A DNA stretch of 64,000 nucleotides from Muribaculaceae bacterium (GTDB lineage Bacteria; Bacteroidota; Bacteroidia; Bacteroidales; Muribaculaceae): positions 6,071 to 70,070 of the forward strand of contig VSPD01000005.1 in NCBI GenBank assembly GCA_009775125.1. Reading direction: 5' to 3'. The position numbers and the translations under genes are program-made. This document shows, one piece after another, positions 28,884-38,453 of this stretch (positions are counted from its first letter, which is position 1; the number at the start of each line of letters is the position of its first letter). The notes under the pieces are model-generated. The model ran no database searches. It was not told the DNA's origin and saw only the letters and a list, made by a program, of their open reading frames with translations.

Positions 28884-28984
28884 AGGAACACAATCCTCCG
28901 GATTGTGAATTATTCTCACAATCCGGAGGATTGTGTTCCTGCCGGGTGATTACTCTTTTTCACAATCCGGAGGATTGTGTTCCT
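28884..28984. repeat. REP-B variant array (three units: one forward, two reverse)
   Basis: AGGAACACAATCCTCCGGATTGTG at 28884-28907, and CACAATCCGGAGGATTGTGTTCCT at 28917-28940 and 28961-28984. The array fills the convergent gap between the helicase and msrAB, and its last unit overlaps the msrAB stop codon. Confidence 0.9.
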
Positions 28985-29972
28985 ACTTTCCTACCAGGGG
29001 AATGTATTTACCGTAGCCTTCCGCCTCCATTTTTGAGAGGGGGACGAAGCGAAGCGCCGCCGAGTTTATGCAATAACGCAGGCCACCGCTTTCGCGCGGG
29101 CCGTCGGGGAAGACATGGCCAAGATGAGAATCTGTGCCGGCAGCGCGGATTTCGGTACGCACCATATTGTGGCTTGTGTCTTCGTGAGAAGTGACTACAT
29201 CGGCCGAGACAGGACGCGAGAAAGCGGGCCATCCGCATCCCGACTCGAATTTGTCGGACGACACAAACAGCGGTTCGCCCGAAATGATGTCGACATATAT
29301 GCCCGGTTCGAAATTATCCCAATATTCGTTGCGGAACGGCGGCTCTGTGGCTCCGTGGCGCGTCACGGCATATTGCATGGGCGTGAGACGGCCGCGCAAG
29401 TCTGAGCTGTCGGCCTCGGAGGCAGTCATGGCTTCTGTCACCGACTTGGGAATATAGTCGCGGGCCTCGGCAAAAAGCGCGGGGTTTACGTGACAATATC
29501 CTCCGGGGTTTTTCAGCAGATAATCCTGATGATACTCCTCGGCGGGATAAAAATTGGCAAGCGGAAGCACTTCTATCATAATCTCGCGGTCGGCCTCCAT
29601 CTGCTTGCGACCGATGAAATCCTCGGCCACCTGCCCCGACACAGGGTCGGTATAATAAATGCCCGTGCGGTACTGCGTGCCCCGGTCACCGCCCTGACGG
29701 TTGAGCGAGTACGGGTCGACCGACTTCCAGTAAAAATCCAGAATCTCCGGCAGCGAAATCACGTCGGCGTCGTAAGTTACCTTCACAGCCTCCGCGGCAT
29801 CTGTCGCGCCTGTGCACACTTGCTTGTAAGAGGGCGAGGGCACTGCGGAATTGGCATATCCCGTTTGGGTGCCGATCACGCCGGGCAGCGACGTGAAAAG
29901 ACGCTGAGTGCCCCAAAAACAGCCTCCGGCCAGATATATAACTGCGGCCGTGGCCACCAAATGCTTTTCCAT
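28983..29972 (-). CDS. msrAB: Bifunctional methionine sulfoxide reductase MsrA/MsrB
   Basis: N-terminal MsrA GCFWG motif. C-terminal MsrB motifs GCGWPAF and RYCINS. Confidence 0.9.
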   Translation of the reverse strand: MEKHLVATAAVIYLAGGCFWGTQRLFTSLPGVIGTQTGYANSAVPSPSYKQVCTGATDAAEAVKVTYDADVISLPEILDFYWKSVDPYSLNRQGGDRGTQYRTGIYYTDPVSGQVAEDFIGRKQMEADREIMIEVLPLANFYPAEEYHQDYLLKNPGGYCHVNPALFAEARDYIPKSVTEAMTASEADSSDLRGRLTPMQYAVTRHGATEPPFRNEYWDNFEPGIYVDIISGEPLFVSSDKFESGCGWPAFSRPVSADVVTSHEDTSHNMVRTEIRAAGTDSHLGHVFPDGPRESGGLRYCINSAALRFVPLSKMEAEGYGKYIPLVGK

Positions 29973-30046
29973 AATCTTTATTTTTTTACAAATATAACAA
30001 TTATTTTGAATGTCGGAGCGACATTTCGCCCGAGTTTTGTGTTAAT

Positions 30047-31543
30047 ATGTCATCAATAACAAAATTTATTATGGAGAATACAAACACGATATATGGACGA
30101 TTCCGACAACAAACAGAAACCAATCCCGATGCCCCGGCCGTGATCGAAGGCCGGCGGCGATACACCTACTCCGAACTCGACAGCATGGCCGGGCGCATCG
30201 CGGCTATGCTCCCGCCCGACGCCAGATATATAGGCGTGGTGATGGAGCATGGCGTGCTTATGATAGCATCGCTGCTGGCCGTGCTGAAATCGGGAGCGGC
30301 ATATGTGCCGGTCGAACCGTCGTTTCCGCGCGAGCGCATACGTTTTATCATGGACGAGTGCAAAGTGAACCTTGTGCTTGCCAACAGCCGTTACCGCCGG
30401 ATGCTGAAAGGTTTGCCCGTGCTTGCCTTAGACTCGGCGCCAAAAGGGGATGCGCCACATTCCGAAGATAAATCGCGGGCCGCCGACCCGGCCTATGTGC
30501 TCTACACGTCGGGGTCGACAGGGCTGCCCAAGGGCGTAGTAGCCACAAATGCCAATGTGTGCCACTATGCCGATGCCTTCCGCAACGAGTTCGGTATCGG
30601 CCGCGGCGACCGTATGCTGCAATACTCGGTGTGCACATTCGATATTTTTGTAGAAGAGGTGTTTGCCACCCTGCTGTCGGGAGCCGCGCTCGCCATCCCC
30701 GACAAAAAGACAAGAGACAATATCGGCGCGCTGATGCAATTTGTAGCCGACAACAATGTTACAATAATAAGCGGATTCCCTTATCTGCTGCTTGAAATGA
30801 ACCATCTCGACAGCATCCCGCAGTCGTTGCGGCTTCTGATAAGCGGCGGCGACGTGTTGCGCGCCGGCTATATCGACCGACTGCTCCCGCATGTGGAGAT
30901 TTACAATACCTACGGCCCGTCGGAGACGACAGTATGCGCAAGCTACTACCGCTGCAACGGCACCCACGCGCTTGCCGACGGCACTTACCCGATCGGCAAG
31001 GCCGTGAAAGGCGTTAAAATAGAGATACGCGACAGCGACATGAACCCCGTGGCCAACGGCACTCCCGGAGAAATCTGCATAAGCGGCAACGGCGTGACAC
31101 TCGGATACATCGGCGACCGCGAGATAGAAAACCGCGCTTTTGTAACAGAAGAAGGCGGACGGCGAATCTACCGCAGCGGCGACCTGGGCACGATGCTTGC
31201 CGACGGCACCGTGCTGTTTCACCACCGCATCGACTCGCAAGTGATGATTATGGGACGGCGCGTCGAGACATGCGAGGTGGAAAACGTGCTGTGCCGATGC
31301 CCCGAAGTGGAAAGCGGCGTGGTGCGGTCGGGCACCGACAGCCGCGGACTGGCTTATCTTGTAGCGTATCTTGTGCCGGGACACAAATGCAAATTCAGCC
31401 TTGCCCGCATAAAGGAACGGATGCGGAAATTTCTCCCCGACTATATGTTGCCGGAATTTTTCATACCTTTGCAATCGATTCCGCTCACCCCCAACGGCAA
31501 AGTTGACACCCGCGCGCTGCCACCGACAAAGAAAATATTATGA
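30047..31543 (+). CDS. Stand-alone amino-acid adenylation (NRPS A-domain / DltA-like) enzyme
   Basis: Core motifs are LKSGAAYVPV (A2), YTSGSTGLPKGV (A3), FDIFVEE (A4, Asp for an alpha-amino group), NTYGPSETT (A5), YRSGDL (A7), GRRVE (A8) and PNGKVD (A10). No carrier or condensation domain. Confidence 0.8.
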   Translation: MSSITKFIMENTNTIYGRFRQQTETNPDAPAVIEGRRRYTYSELDSMAGRIAAMLPPDARYIGVVMEHGVLMIASLLAVLKSGAAYVPVEPSFPRERIRFIMDECKVNLVLANSRYRRMLKGLPVLALDSAPKGDAPHSEDKSRAADPAYVLYTSGSTGLPKGVVATNANVCHYADAFRNEFGIGRGDRMLQYSVCTFDIFVEEVFATLLSGAALAIPDKKTRDNIGALMQFVADNNVTIISGFPYLLLEMNHLDSIPQSLRLLISGGDVLRAGYIDRLLPHVEIYNTYGPSETTVCASYYRCNGTHALADGTYPIGKAVKGVKIEIRDSDMNPVANGTPGEICISGNGVTLGYIGDREIENRAFVTEEGGRRIYRSGDLGTMLADGTVLFHHRIDSQVMIMGRRVETCEVENVLCRCPEVESGVVRSGTDSRGLAYLVAYLVPGHKCKFSLARIKERMRKFLPDYMLPEFFIPLQSIPLTPNGKVDTRALPPTKKIL

Positions 31544-32010
31544 CAACGGGCCACATCTCAATATATCGGGCCACATCGGCCGACATCGACATGCTCATGC
31601 GCTGGCGCATGACAGTACTCGCGGAGGTGTTTTCCGGCAACCCCGGCAACGACTCCGAAGCACTTGCCGAGGCAAACCAGGACTATTACCTTCGCGCGCT
31701 CGCCGACGGCTCCCACGTTGCGGTGTTTGCCCGCATCGGCGACATCACGGCCGGTTGCGGAGGCGTGTGCTTCCAAAGAGAGATGCCCTCGCCCGACAAT
31801 CCCTCGGGCATCGACGCATACCTGATGAATATATATGTCGACCCGAAATATCGCCGCAATGGGGTGGCTCGCGCCATTGTGACCCAACTTGTAGAAACAG
31901 CCCTGGACAAAGGCGCTGGAAAAATATATCTCGAAACATCGGAATGCGGCCGCAAGCTATATGCCGGCATGGGATTCGGCAAACTTGAAGAAATGATGAT
32001 ATTGAAATGA
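31540..32010 (+). CDS. GNAT family N-acetyltransferase
   Basis: 156 aa with the acetyl-CoA motif YRRNGVARAIV...GAGKIYLET. ATGA overlap with the A-domain gene. Confidence 0.8.
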   Translation: MTTGHISIYRATSADIDMLMRWRMTVLAEVFSGNPGNDSEALAEANQDYYLRALADGSHVAVFARIGDITAGCGGVCFQREMPSPDNPSGIDAYLMNIYVDPKYRRNGVARAIVTQLVETALDKGAGKIYLETSECGRKLYAGMGFGKLEEMMILK

Positions 32011-32666
32011 TTGAGAAAACAGACATCGGGAATCTGCGCTGCATCGTGGCACGATGTGCCTCGGAGCATATATGCTACATTCTGTCGCCCATGGAGCCGG
32101 ACTCCCGGCAAGTGGAGCTGTGGAGCCGTGAATATGGCATCACGTTGGCTGTAATCACCGGCATGGACTGGGACAACGACCTCACGCCCTGGCCGGCGCA
32201 GAATGTGCCGCCATCCGACCCTCCCTTCGAGGGACATGCCGCCGAGTTCCTCCAACGGCTCGAAACAGATGTTATTCCGGCCATAGAGGGCGACGGCCGA
32301 TACACGCGCACCCTGTGCGGCATATCCCTTTCGGGGCTGTTCACGCTTTGGGCGTGGATGCAAACAGACACATTTGCCAATATCGGCAGCCTTTCGGGGT
32401 CGTTCTGGTACGAAGGATTCATGCCTTGGCTCGAAGCCAACGCCCGCGCCAAGGCCGGACGCGCCTACTTCTCGCTCGGCACAAAAGAAGGCGGGCCGCG
32501 CGGGCCGAAGCCGTTCAGCCGTATTCAGGAGCAGACCCGCGAGACAGTGACCATACTCAAATCCAAAGGCATCGCCTGCACATTCGTCCCCGTTCCGGGC
32601 ACACATTTCGCACCGGCCGCCCCCCGCATCGAGAAGATGCTCGATTGGCTTGCCGAGGCAAGATAA
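32007..32666 (+). CDS. Alpha/beta-hydrolase esterase (putative-esterase family)
   Basis: Nucleophile elbow GISLSG and C-terminal ...PGTHF. ATGA overlap with the GNAT gene. Confidence 0.7.
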   Translation: MIEKTDIGNLRCIVARCASEHICYILSPMEPDSRQVELWSREYGITLAVITGMDWDNDLTPWPAQNVPPSDPPFEGHAAEFLQRLETDVIPAIEGDGRYTRTLCGISLSGLFTLWAWMQTDTFANIGSLSGSFWYEGFMPWLEANARAKAGRAYFSLGTKEGGPRGPKPFSRIQEQTRETVTILKSKGIACTFVPVPGTHFAPAAPRIEKMLDWLAEAR

Positions 32667-32805
32667 ATCTTTTTTCTGTTAAAATATCTTAAAACCCATC
32701 TGTGCCATTAGTGGCATGGGTGGGTTTTGGCTGTGTTAAGTTCAGTTTAACCCAAAAATCGTTAAAAAGCGCGGTTTTCGGCCGCAACATAACCAGCCAA
32801 AATCC

Positions 32806-33384
32806 ATGAAAAAACTGACCGACGCCGAATTTGGCAAATGCTTCGAAGCCTTGTTCAAGGCTTACTCCGGACGCATTTACAACTATGTGCTGCACCTGTC
32901 GGGTGGCGACAGATACAAGGCCGAGGAGGTGACACAGATAGCTTTCATGAAGTTGTGGACCAAACGTGATGAAATCACCGACATGGAATCGATGCAGTCG
33001 CTTATGTATGTGATAGCGCGCAACACCTTCCTCAACATCATAGAGCATGAAGCGGTAGAATACTCATATTTCAACTATATATTAAAAAATCAAAAGAGCC
33101 ACGACAATGTAACCGAGGAAACCGTCGACTACAATTTCCTTATGGGCTACATCCTCAAAATCGTGGAAGAATTGCCGCCCGTGCGGCGCACAGTCTTCCG
33201 CAAGCACCGCGACGAGCATCTCACATATCGCCAGATTGCCGACGAACTTGGCATTTCTGTCAACACCGTGGAAATACACATGATGCTTGCCCTGCGCTAT
33301 ATCCGCGAACAGTTGCGCAGCCGCTACAATATATTGACCACGCTGTGCCTTTTGTTTGCAAATATTGTCTCACCGCTATTTTGA
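32806..33384 (+). CDS. ECF-type RNA polymerase sigma factor
   Basis: Region 2 is RIYNYVLHLSGGDRYKAEEVTQIAFMKLW. The region 4 HTH is TYRQIADELGISVNTVEIHMMLALRYIR. Confidence 0.9.
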   Translation: MKKLTDAEFGKCFEALFKAYSGRIYNYVLHLSGGDRYKAEEVTQIAFMKLWTKRDEITDMESMQSLMYVIARNTFLNIIEHEAVEYSYFNYILKNQKSHDNVTEETVDYNFLMGYILKIVEELPPVRRTVFRKHRDEHLTYRQIADELGISVNTVEIHMMLALRYIREQLRSRYNILTTLCLLFANIVSPLF

Positions 33385-33398
33385 TACCGACTGCCGCT

Positions 33399-34376
33399 AT
33401 GGATGACATGAAACAATTGATCGAGAAATACCTGCGGGGCGATGCCACGCTTCAAGAGCGCGAACTGATCAAGTCGTGGTACGAAATAGACCCTGCTTTC
33501 GGCGAATGGTGGGAACAGGAGCTCCGCAACTCCGGCATGGCCATGGACGACGACGTGCAGCAGCGCATTTACGCCTCCATTATCCACAAGCATTGCGAGG
33601 ATGCGGCACCGATGGAAAAAACGCCCCGGAACAGGGCTTTTTTCCTGTCGCTGGCGGCGGCAATATCTGCGGCGGCAATAGCCGTAGGCGCCACCTTGTC
33701 GATTACCCGAAACGACGTGCCCGCCACACAGCCTATGCTGCTTGCCACCGAGGCCGGCAACCGCTCGGAGATAACGCTTCCCGACGGGTCGGTGGTGACG
33801 CTCAATGCCTGCTCCACTTTGGGCTATGAATACGACAGCGCGCTCGGACAACGTGTGGCGCACATCGACGGCGAGGCCTATTTTGAGATAGCGGCTGACA
33901 AAGAACATCCGTTTATCGTTGTGGCCGATGAGGTGAAAGTGCATTGCGTGGGCACAGAGTTTAACGTGCGCGCTTATGCCGACGACGAATTTGTGGACGT
34001 GACTCTTAGCGACGGCCTTGTGACAGTGGCATCGAAATACACCACGCACAAACTGCAACCCGGCATGAAGGCTACATATAATAAAGTGACCGGACAGCTT
34101 CGCAAGAGCCGTGTCTCGCCGGAACACTACAATGCGTGGACCCACGGCCAGCTCCGCTTCAACGATGAGCCTCTCGACAACATAGCGCGCGCCATCTCGC
34201 GCACCTACGGCGTGAAAGTGGTAATTGAGACTCCGGGGCTTGGCTCGCAACACTATACAGGCACACTTGCGCGAGGGTCGATCGACTCTGCCTTGGCCAC
34301 CCTTGTCTCGGCCTCCGACCTCAATTGCCGCTACCTGCCCGACGAAAGCGTGGTGTATATAACGACCAACGACTAA
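33399..34376 (+). CDS. FecR-family anti-sigma factor
   Basis: ATG at 33399. N-terminal YLRGDATLQERELIKSWY, a single TM (FFLSLAAAISAAAIAVGATL) and a FecR periplasmic domain (ITLPDGSVVTLNACSTL...GEAYFEI). Confidence 0.88.
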   Translation: MDDMKQLIEKYLRGDATLQERELIKSWYEIDPAFGEWWEQELRNSGMAMDDDVQQRIYASIIHKHCEDAAPMEKTPRNRAFFLSLAAAISAAAIAVGATLSITRNDVPATQPMLLATEAGNRSEITLPDGSVVTLNACSTLGYEYDSALGQRVAHIDGEAYFEIAADKEHPFIVVADEVKVHCVGTEFNVRAYADDEFVDVTLSDGLVTVASKYTTHKLQPGMKATYNKVTGQLRKSRVSPEHYNAWTHGQLRFNDEPLDNIARAISRTYGVKVVIETPGLGSQHYTGTLARGSIDSALATLVSASDLNCRYLPDESVVYITTND

Positions 34377-34453
34377 TCGAACATTCGACTATTCGAATTT
34401 TCGAACAATCGAACAATCGAGTATTCCATAATTCTAATCTAATAATAACTCTT

Positions 34454-34891
34454 ATGACAAAATCCAAGTACCTGACAATGCTGCTCATGGTGGCGGTGAT
34501 TCTCGGATTTACGGGATGCAGCGACGATGACGAGCCTCAAATGCCTCAATTCGGAGCCATAACGATAAGTCCGGAAAAAGACGTGTACCAAGTGGGCGAT
34601 GAAGTGGTATGCACCATTACGATGACATCGGAGGCCGGCCCCGAGATGAAAAAAGCGACATGGTGGTGGTATGCTTCGTGGTGGTTTTCCAATCCTGAGC
34701 TCACTGCCGATTTCAGCGAGTTCAACGATGGTAAATGCGTGTCGTCGCCCATCACGCTCACCGAGGCCGGCGACGTAAACCTTTATTTCTTCGGCCGCGT
34801 CGAGTTTCCGAATTTCGACTGGCGCAAAGTGGAGATAGCCAAAACAGTGAAAGTGGCCGAAACGCCGCAAGCGTCTTCAACTATCGAATAA
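34454..34891 (+). CDS. Small hypothetical lipoprotein
   Basis: ATG at 34454 with lipobox FTGC (MTKSKYLTMLLMVAVILGFTGCSDDDE). It has a Trp-rich beta-type domain and lies between fecR and susC. Confidence 0.6.
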   Translation: MTKSKYLTMLLMVAVILGFTGCSDDDEPQMPQFGAITISPEKDVYQVGDEVVCTITMTSEAGPEMKKATWWWYASWWFSNPELTADFSEFNDGKCVSSPITLTEAGDVNLYFFGRVEFPNFDWRKVEIAKTVKVAETPQASSTIE

Positions 34892-34909
34892 TCAACCAAT
34901 CAACAGTCT

Positions 34910-37900
34910 ATGCACACCAATCACAACCAAATGCTCCGTCGCTCTGTGGCGGCCATGGCCGCCGCCGTGTTCTCCCTGTCGGCCCTTGCCTCGGGGATAA
35001 CAGTGAAAATTTCGCGGCAGCCCTTGAACCGCGCCCTCGAGGAGATTGAAAAAGTGTCGGATGTGAGATTCTTCTACGAATCGTCGCTTCCGCAGCTTGC
35101 CACCGAGGTGTCGGGCAATTTCAAAGACGCCTCCGTAGAGGAAGCGCTCCGAGCCCTGCTCAAAGGCACCGATTTGAGCTACACGCTGAAAGATAACGGA
35201 GCCACTGTGGTGCTACACAAGAAAGACGCACCAAAAAACGAAGTGGCCGCACACTCGCCCGCCGGTTTCAGGGTAAGCGGCACAATCAATGACAGCCAGG
35301 GCGAACCCCTTGTGGGCGCCACCGTACGCAACACGACAACCGGCAAGGCCGTGGTGACCGATTTCGACGGCAACTACGCGCTGGGCGACGTACACAAAGG
35401 CGACAAAATCGAAGTGACATATATCGGCTTCGCACCCAAGACCTTCACGGCCAACGGCGCGAAGACCGGCTACGAGATAGTGCTCACCGAAACATCCACG
35501 GCTCTTAACGACGTGGTGGTAGTGGGCTATGGCACACAGAAAAAAGTAAACCTCACCGGCGCGGTGTCGGTGGTGAAAGCCGAAGACATAGGCGGACGCC
35601 CCACATCTAACGCCGCCACCGCCCTGCTCGGCGCCGACCCCTCGCTTAACCTCACGATGGGCTCCGGCGGCCCCAATGCCGGCTACAATATCGACATACG
35701 CGGCGTTGCCTCCATCAACGGCGGCTCGCCCCTGATTCTTGTCGACGGCATCGAGATGAGCCTCACGCGTGTCAACGCCAACGACATCGAGTCGGTGTCG
35801 ATTCTCAAAGACGCGTCGGCCGCCGCAATCTATGGCGCGAAGGCATCGTCGGGCGTAGTGCTCGTCACCACCAAGCAGGGCGCCAACGAGCAGAAAGCCA
35901 AGGTGAGCGTCGACATCAAAGCCGGATGGAAAACTCCGACAGCGTCGACCGACTTCCTCACATCCGGTTTCTGGTCGGTGCAAATCAACGATATGTTTAT
36001 GTACGAGCATGGCGGCTTCGGCTTCACCACCTACACCGATGCCGACTATGCCGAGCTGTGGATGCGCCTTGGCGAAAGCTCTGAGAATCCCGAGCGCCCC
36101 TGGACCGTGGTGCAGAACGACAAATCGTATAAATACTACGCCAACTTCGACTGGTACAACCACTATTTCAAGAAAACGCGCCCCATGCAGGAATATAACA
36201 TTTCGATAACGGGCGGTTCGAAGAAGGTAAACTATTTCGTATCGGGACGTTTCTATCAGGAAGACGGCATGTTCCGCCAGCACAACGACCGGTTCAAATC
36301 GTTTTCGACACGCGCCAAACTCAACGTGCAGATTACCGACTGGCTGCGCTACGGCGTGAACTCGTCGCTATTCTCGTCGGACTATTTCTATCCCGGCGGC
36401 AACGATATAGCATGGACTTTCAAGGCTATCGGCCTCCACTCCCTGCCTTACATCCCGTCGACCAACCCCGATGGCTCATCGGTCTACCTCAACCAGTATA
36501 ATTACAACGGGGCTGTTTCGGTGGGCAACGGTTGCAACGCCGTACTCAACCAAGACAAACATTCCAACAATGAGCGAAACCGCGAATTTGTGTTCAAGCA
36601 CAATATCGAAATCGAGCCGATAAAAGGCTGGACCATCAATGCCGACTATTCCTATGTCTACCGCACATATGAGTTCGACTCACGCCGTGTGCCCGTGTCG
36701 TTTGGCCAGTATGAGGGCATAGTGTCGTGGATGGACCCGTCGCAACAGGTAATGGCCCGCGACCAATATGCACGCCGCTTGACCCGTGTATCGCGCCACA
36801 CCTACAATGTGTTCTCGACATGGGCGCCTTCGTTCGGCGACAACAACATCAAAATCATGGCCGGCATGAACGGCGAGATATTCCACCAGAACTCGTTGAA
36901 GGCCACTCGCCTCGACCTGCTTTCTACGGAGCTGAACTCGTTTAATCTCGCCACCGGCGAAGTGACCGAACTTGTCGAGGATATCTACAACTCCAACACC
37001 CGCGGTTTCTTCGGCCGTGTTAACTACGACTACGACGGCAAATATCTCATCGAAGTGTCGGGACGCTACGACGGCTCGTCGCGTTTCGCCAAAAACCATC
37101 GCTGGGGCTTCTTCCCCTCGGCATCGGCAGGCTGGCGCATGAGCCAGGAGAAATTCTGGGAACCGATGCGCGACTGGTTCAACAATGCCAAGCTCCGCCT
37201 GTCGGTGGGTACGCTCGGCAACCAGCAAGTCGGCTACTACGACTATATCCAGACCATCAACTCGGCACTCAAAAACACCGGCACCACCCTCGACGGCAAG
37301 ACGCAACTGCCATATGCCACCGAGTCGTCGCCCGTGGCGTCTGACCTGACATGGGAGAAAGTGACAACCTACGACCTTGGCCTCGACCTGTCGTTCTTCA
37401 ACTCGCGCCTCAACTTCACCGGCGACCTCTATATCCGCGACACCAAGGACATGCTCGCCAACGGCGCGTCGCTCCCGGCTGTGTACGGAGCTTCCGTGCC
37501 TCGCTCCAACTGCGCCGACCTGCGCACCAAGGGCTATGAGCTGGCTCTTTCGTGGACCGACGACGTGGCAGTGCTCGGCAGCCCGCTTCGCTACTCCGTC
37601 GGCTTCGGCCTTGGCGACTACACGTCGAAAATCACCAGATACGACAACCCGACCAAACTGCTCAATGACCACTATGTTGGCGAGACCCTCGGCGAAATAT
37701 GGGGCTACCATATCGACGGCCTCTTCCCCGACGACGCCACTGCCGCAGCCTACGATGTGGACCAGACATCGGTAAACTCCGACATCATGGCCGTGGGCCC
37801 GTCGAAAGGCCTGCACGGGGGCGACATGAAATATGCCGACCTCGACGGCGACAAAGTGATTTCCATCGGCGAGAACACTGCCGACAATCCCGGCGACCGC

Positions 37901-38431
37901 CGCATCATAGGCAACAACCGTCCGCGCTACAATTACAACTTCCGCCTCTCGGCCGAGTGGAAAGGCTTCGACGTGTCGGCTTTCTTCCAAGGCATCGGCC
38001 GCCGCGACTGGTATCCTGACACCGAGGCCACCACATTCTGGGGCCCGTACTCACGCCCTTACGAATCCTTCATCGAAAAGGACTTCCTCTCGCAGGTATG
38101 GACCGAGGACAACCCCAACGGCTACTTCCCGCGCTGGCGCGGCTACGAAGCTCTCGGAGCCACCAACCAGCTTGGCCCGGTCAACGACCGCTATATCCAA
38201 AACCTTGCCTACCTGCGTCTGAAAAATCTCACCGTGGGCTACAAGATTCCGGTGCTGAAAAAGTATATCGAGGAAGTGCGCGTCTACTTCTCGGGCGAGA
38301 ACCTGTTCTATTGGTCGCCATTCAAGAAACACTGCAAGTCGATCGACCCGGAGACTGCCGCGACAGTAAGCAACGGCAAGAACTACGGCTTTGCCAAGAC
38401 CTGCACCTTCGGCCTCAATGTAGTATTCTAA
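34910..38431 (+). CDS. SusC/RagA-family TonB-dependent transporter with N-terminal STN signalling domain
   Basis: 1173 aa. STN domain (ISRQPLNRALEEIEKVSDVRFFY...LSYTL), CarboxypepD_reg (VSGTINDSQGEPLVGATV), VVVGYGTQKKVNLTGAV, then plug and a 22-strand-sized barrel ending ...FGLNVVF. Confidence 0.93.
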   Translation: MHTNHNQMLRRSVAAMAAAVFSLSALASGITVKISRQPLNRALEEIEKVSDVRFFYESSLPQLATEVSGNFKDASVEEALRALLKGTDLSYTLKDNGATVVLHKKDAPKNEVAAHSPAGFRVSGTINDSQGEPLVGATVRNTTTGKAVVTDFDGNYALGDVHKGDKIEVTYIGFAPKTFTANGAKTGYEIVLTETSTALNDVVVVGYGTQKKVNLTGAVSVVKAEDIGGRPTSNAATALLGADPSLNLTMGSGGPNAGYNIDIRGVASINGGSPLILVDGIEMSLTRVNANDIESVSILKDASAAAIYGAKASSGVVLVTTKQGANEQKAKVSVDIKAGWKTPTASTDFLTSGFWSVQINDMFMYEHGGFGFTTYTDADYAELWMRLGESSENPERPWTVVQNDKSYKYYANFDWYNHYFKKTRPMQEYNISITGGSKKVNYFVSGRFYQEDGMFRQHNDRFKSFSTRAKLNVQITDWLRYGVNSSLFSSDYFYPGGNDIAWTFKAIGLHSLPYIPSTNPDGSSVYLNQYNYNGAVSVGNGCNAVLNQDKHSNNERNREFVFKHNIEIEPIKGWTINADYSYVYRTYEFDSRRVPVSFGQYEGIVSWMDPSQQVMARDQYARRLTRVSRHTYNVFSTWAPSFGDNNIKIMAGMNGEIFHQNSLKATRLDLLSTELNSFNLATGEVTELVEDIYNSNTRGFFGRVNYDYDGKYLIEVSGRYDGSSRFAKNHRWGFFPSASAGWRMSQEKFWEPMRDWFNNAKLRLSVGTLGNQQVGYYDYIQTINSALKNTGTTLDGKTQLPYATESSPVASDLTWEKVTTYDLGLDLSFFNSRLNFTGDLYIRDTKDMLANGASLPAVYGASVPRSNCADLRTKGYELALSWTDDVAVLGSPLRYSVGFGLGDYTSKITRYDNPTKLLNDHYVGETLGEIWGYHIDGLFPDDATAAAYDVDQTSVNSDIMAVGPSKGLHGGDMKYADLDGDKVISIGENTADNPGDRRIIGNNRPRYNYNFRLSAEWKGFDVSAFFQGIGRRDWYPDTEATTFWGPYSRPYESFIEKDFLSQVWTEDNPNGYFPRWRGYEALGATNQLGPVNDRYIQNLAYLRLKNLTVGYKIPVLKKYIEEVRVYFSGENLFYWSPFKKHCKSIDPETAATVSNGKNYGFAKTCTFGLNVVF

Positions 38432-38453
38432 CACCTCCCTCACACATTTAAAG

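Noticed and set aside
28884-28984. Possible mini CRISPR array (three near-identical 24-nt units with short spacers)
   Set aside because: The units are in mixed orientation and are self-complementary hairpins. The spacers are 9 and 20 nt, which is too short and irregular. The same unit occurs dispersed as inverted doublets elsewhere, and no cas genes are present. It was interpreted as a REP array.
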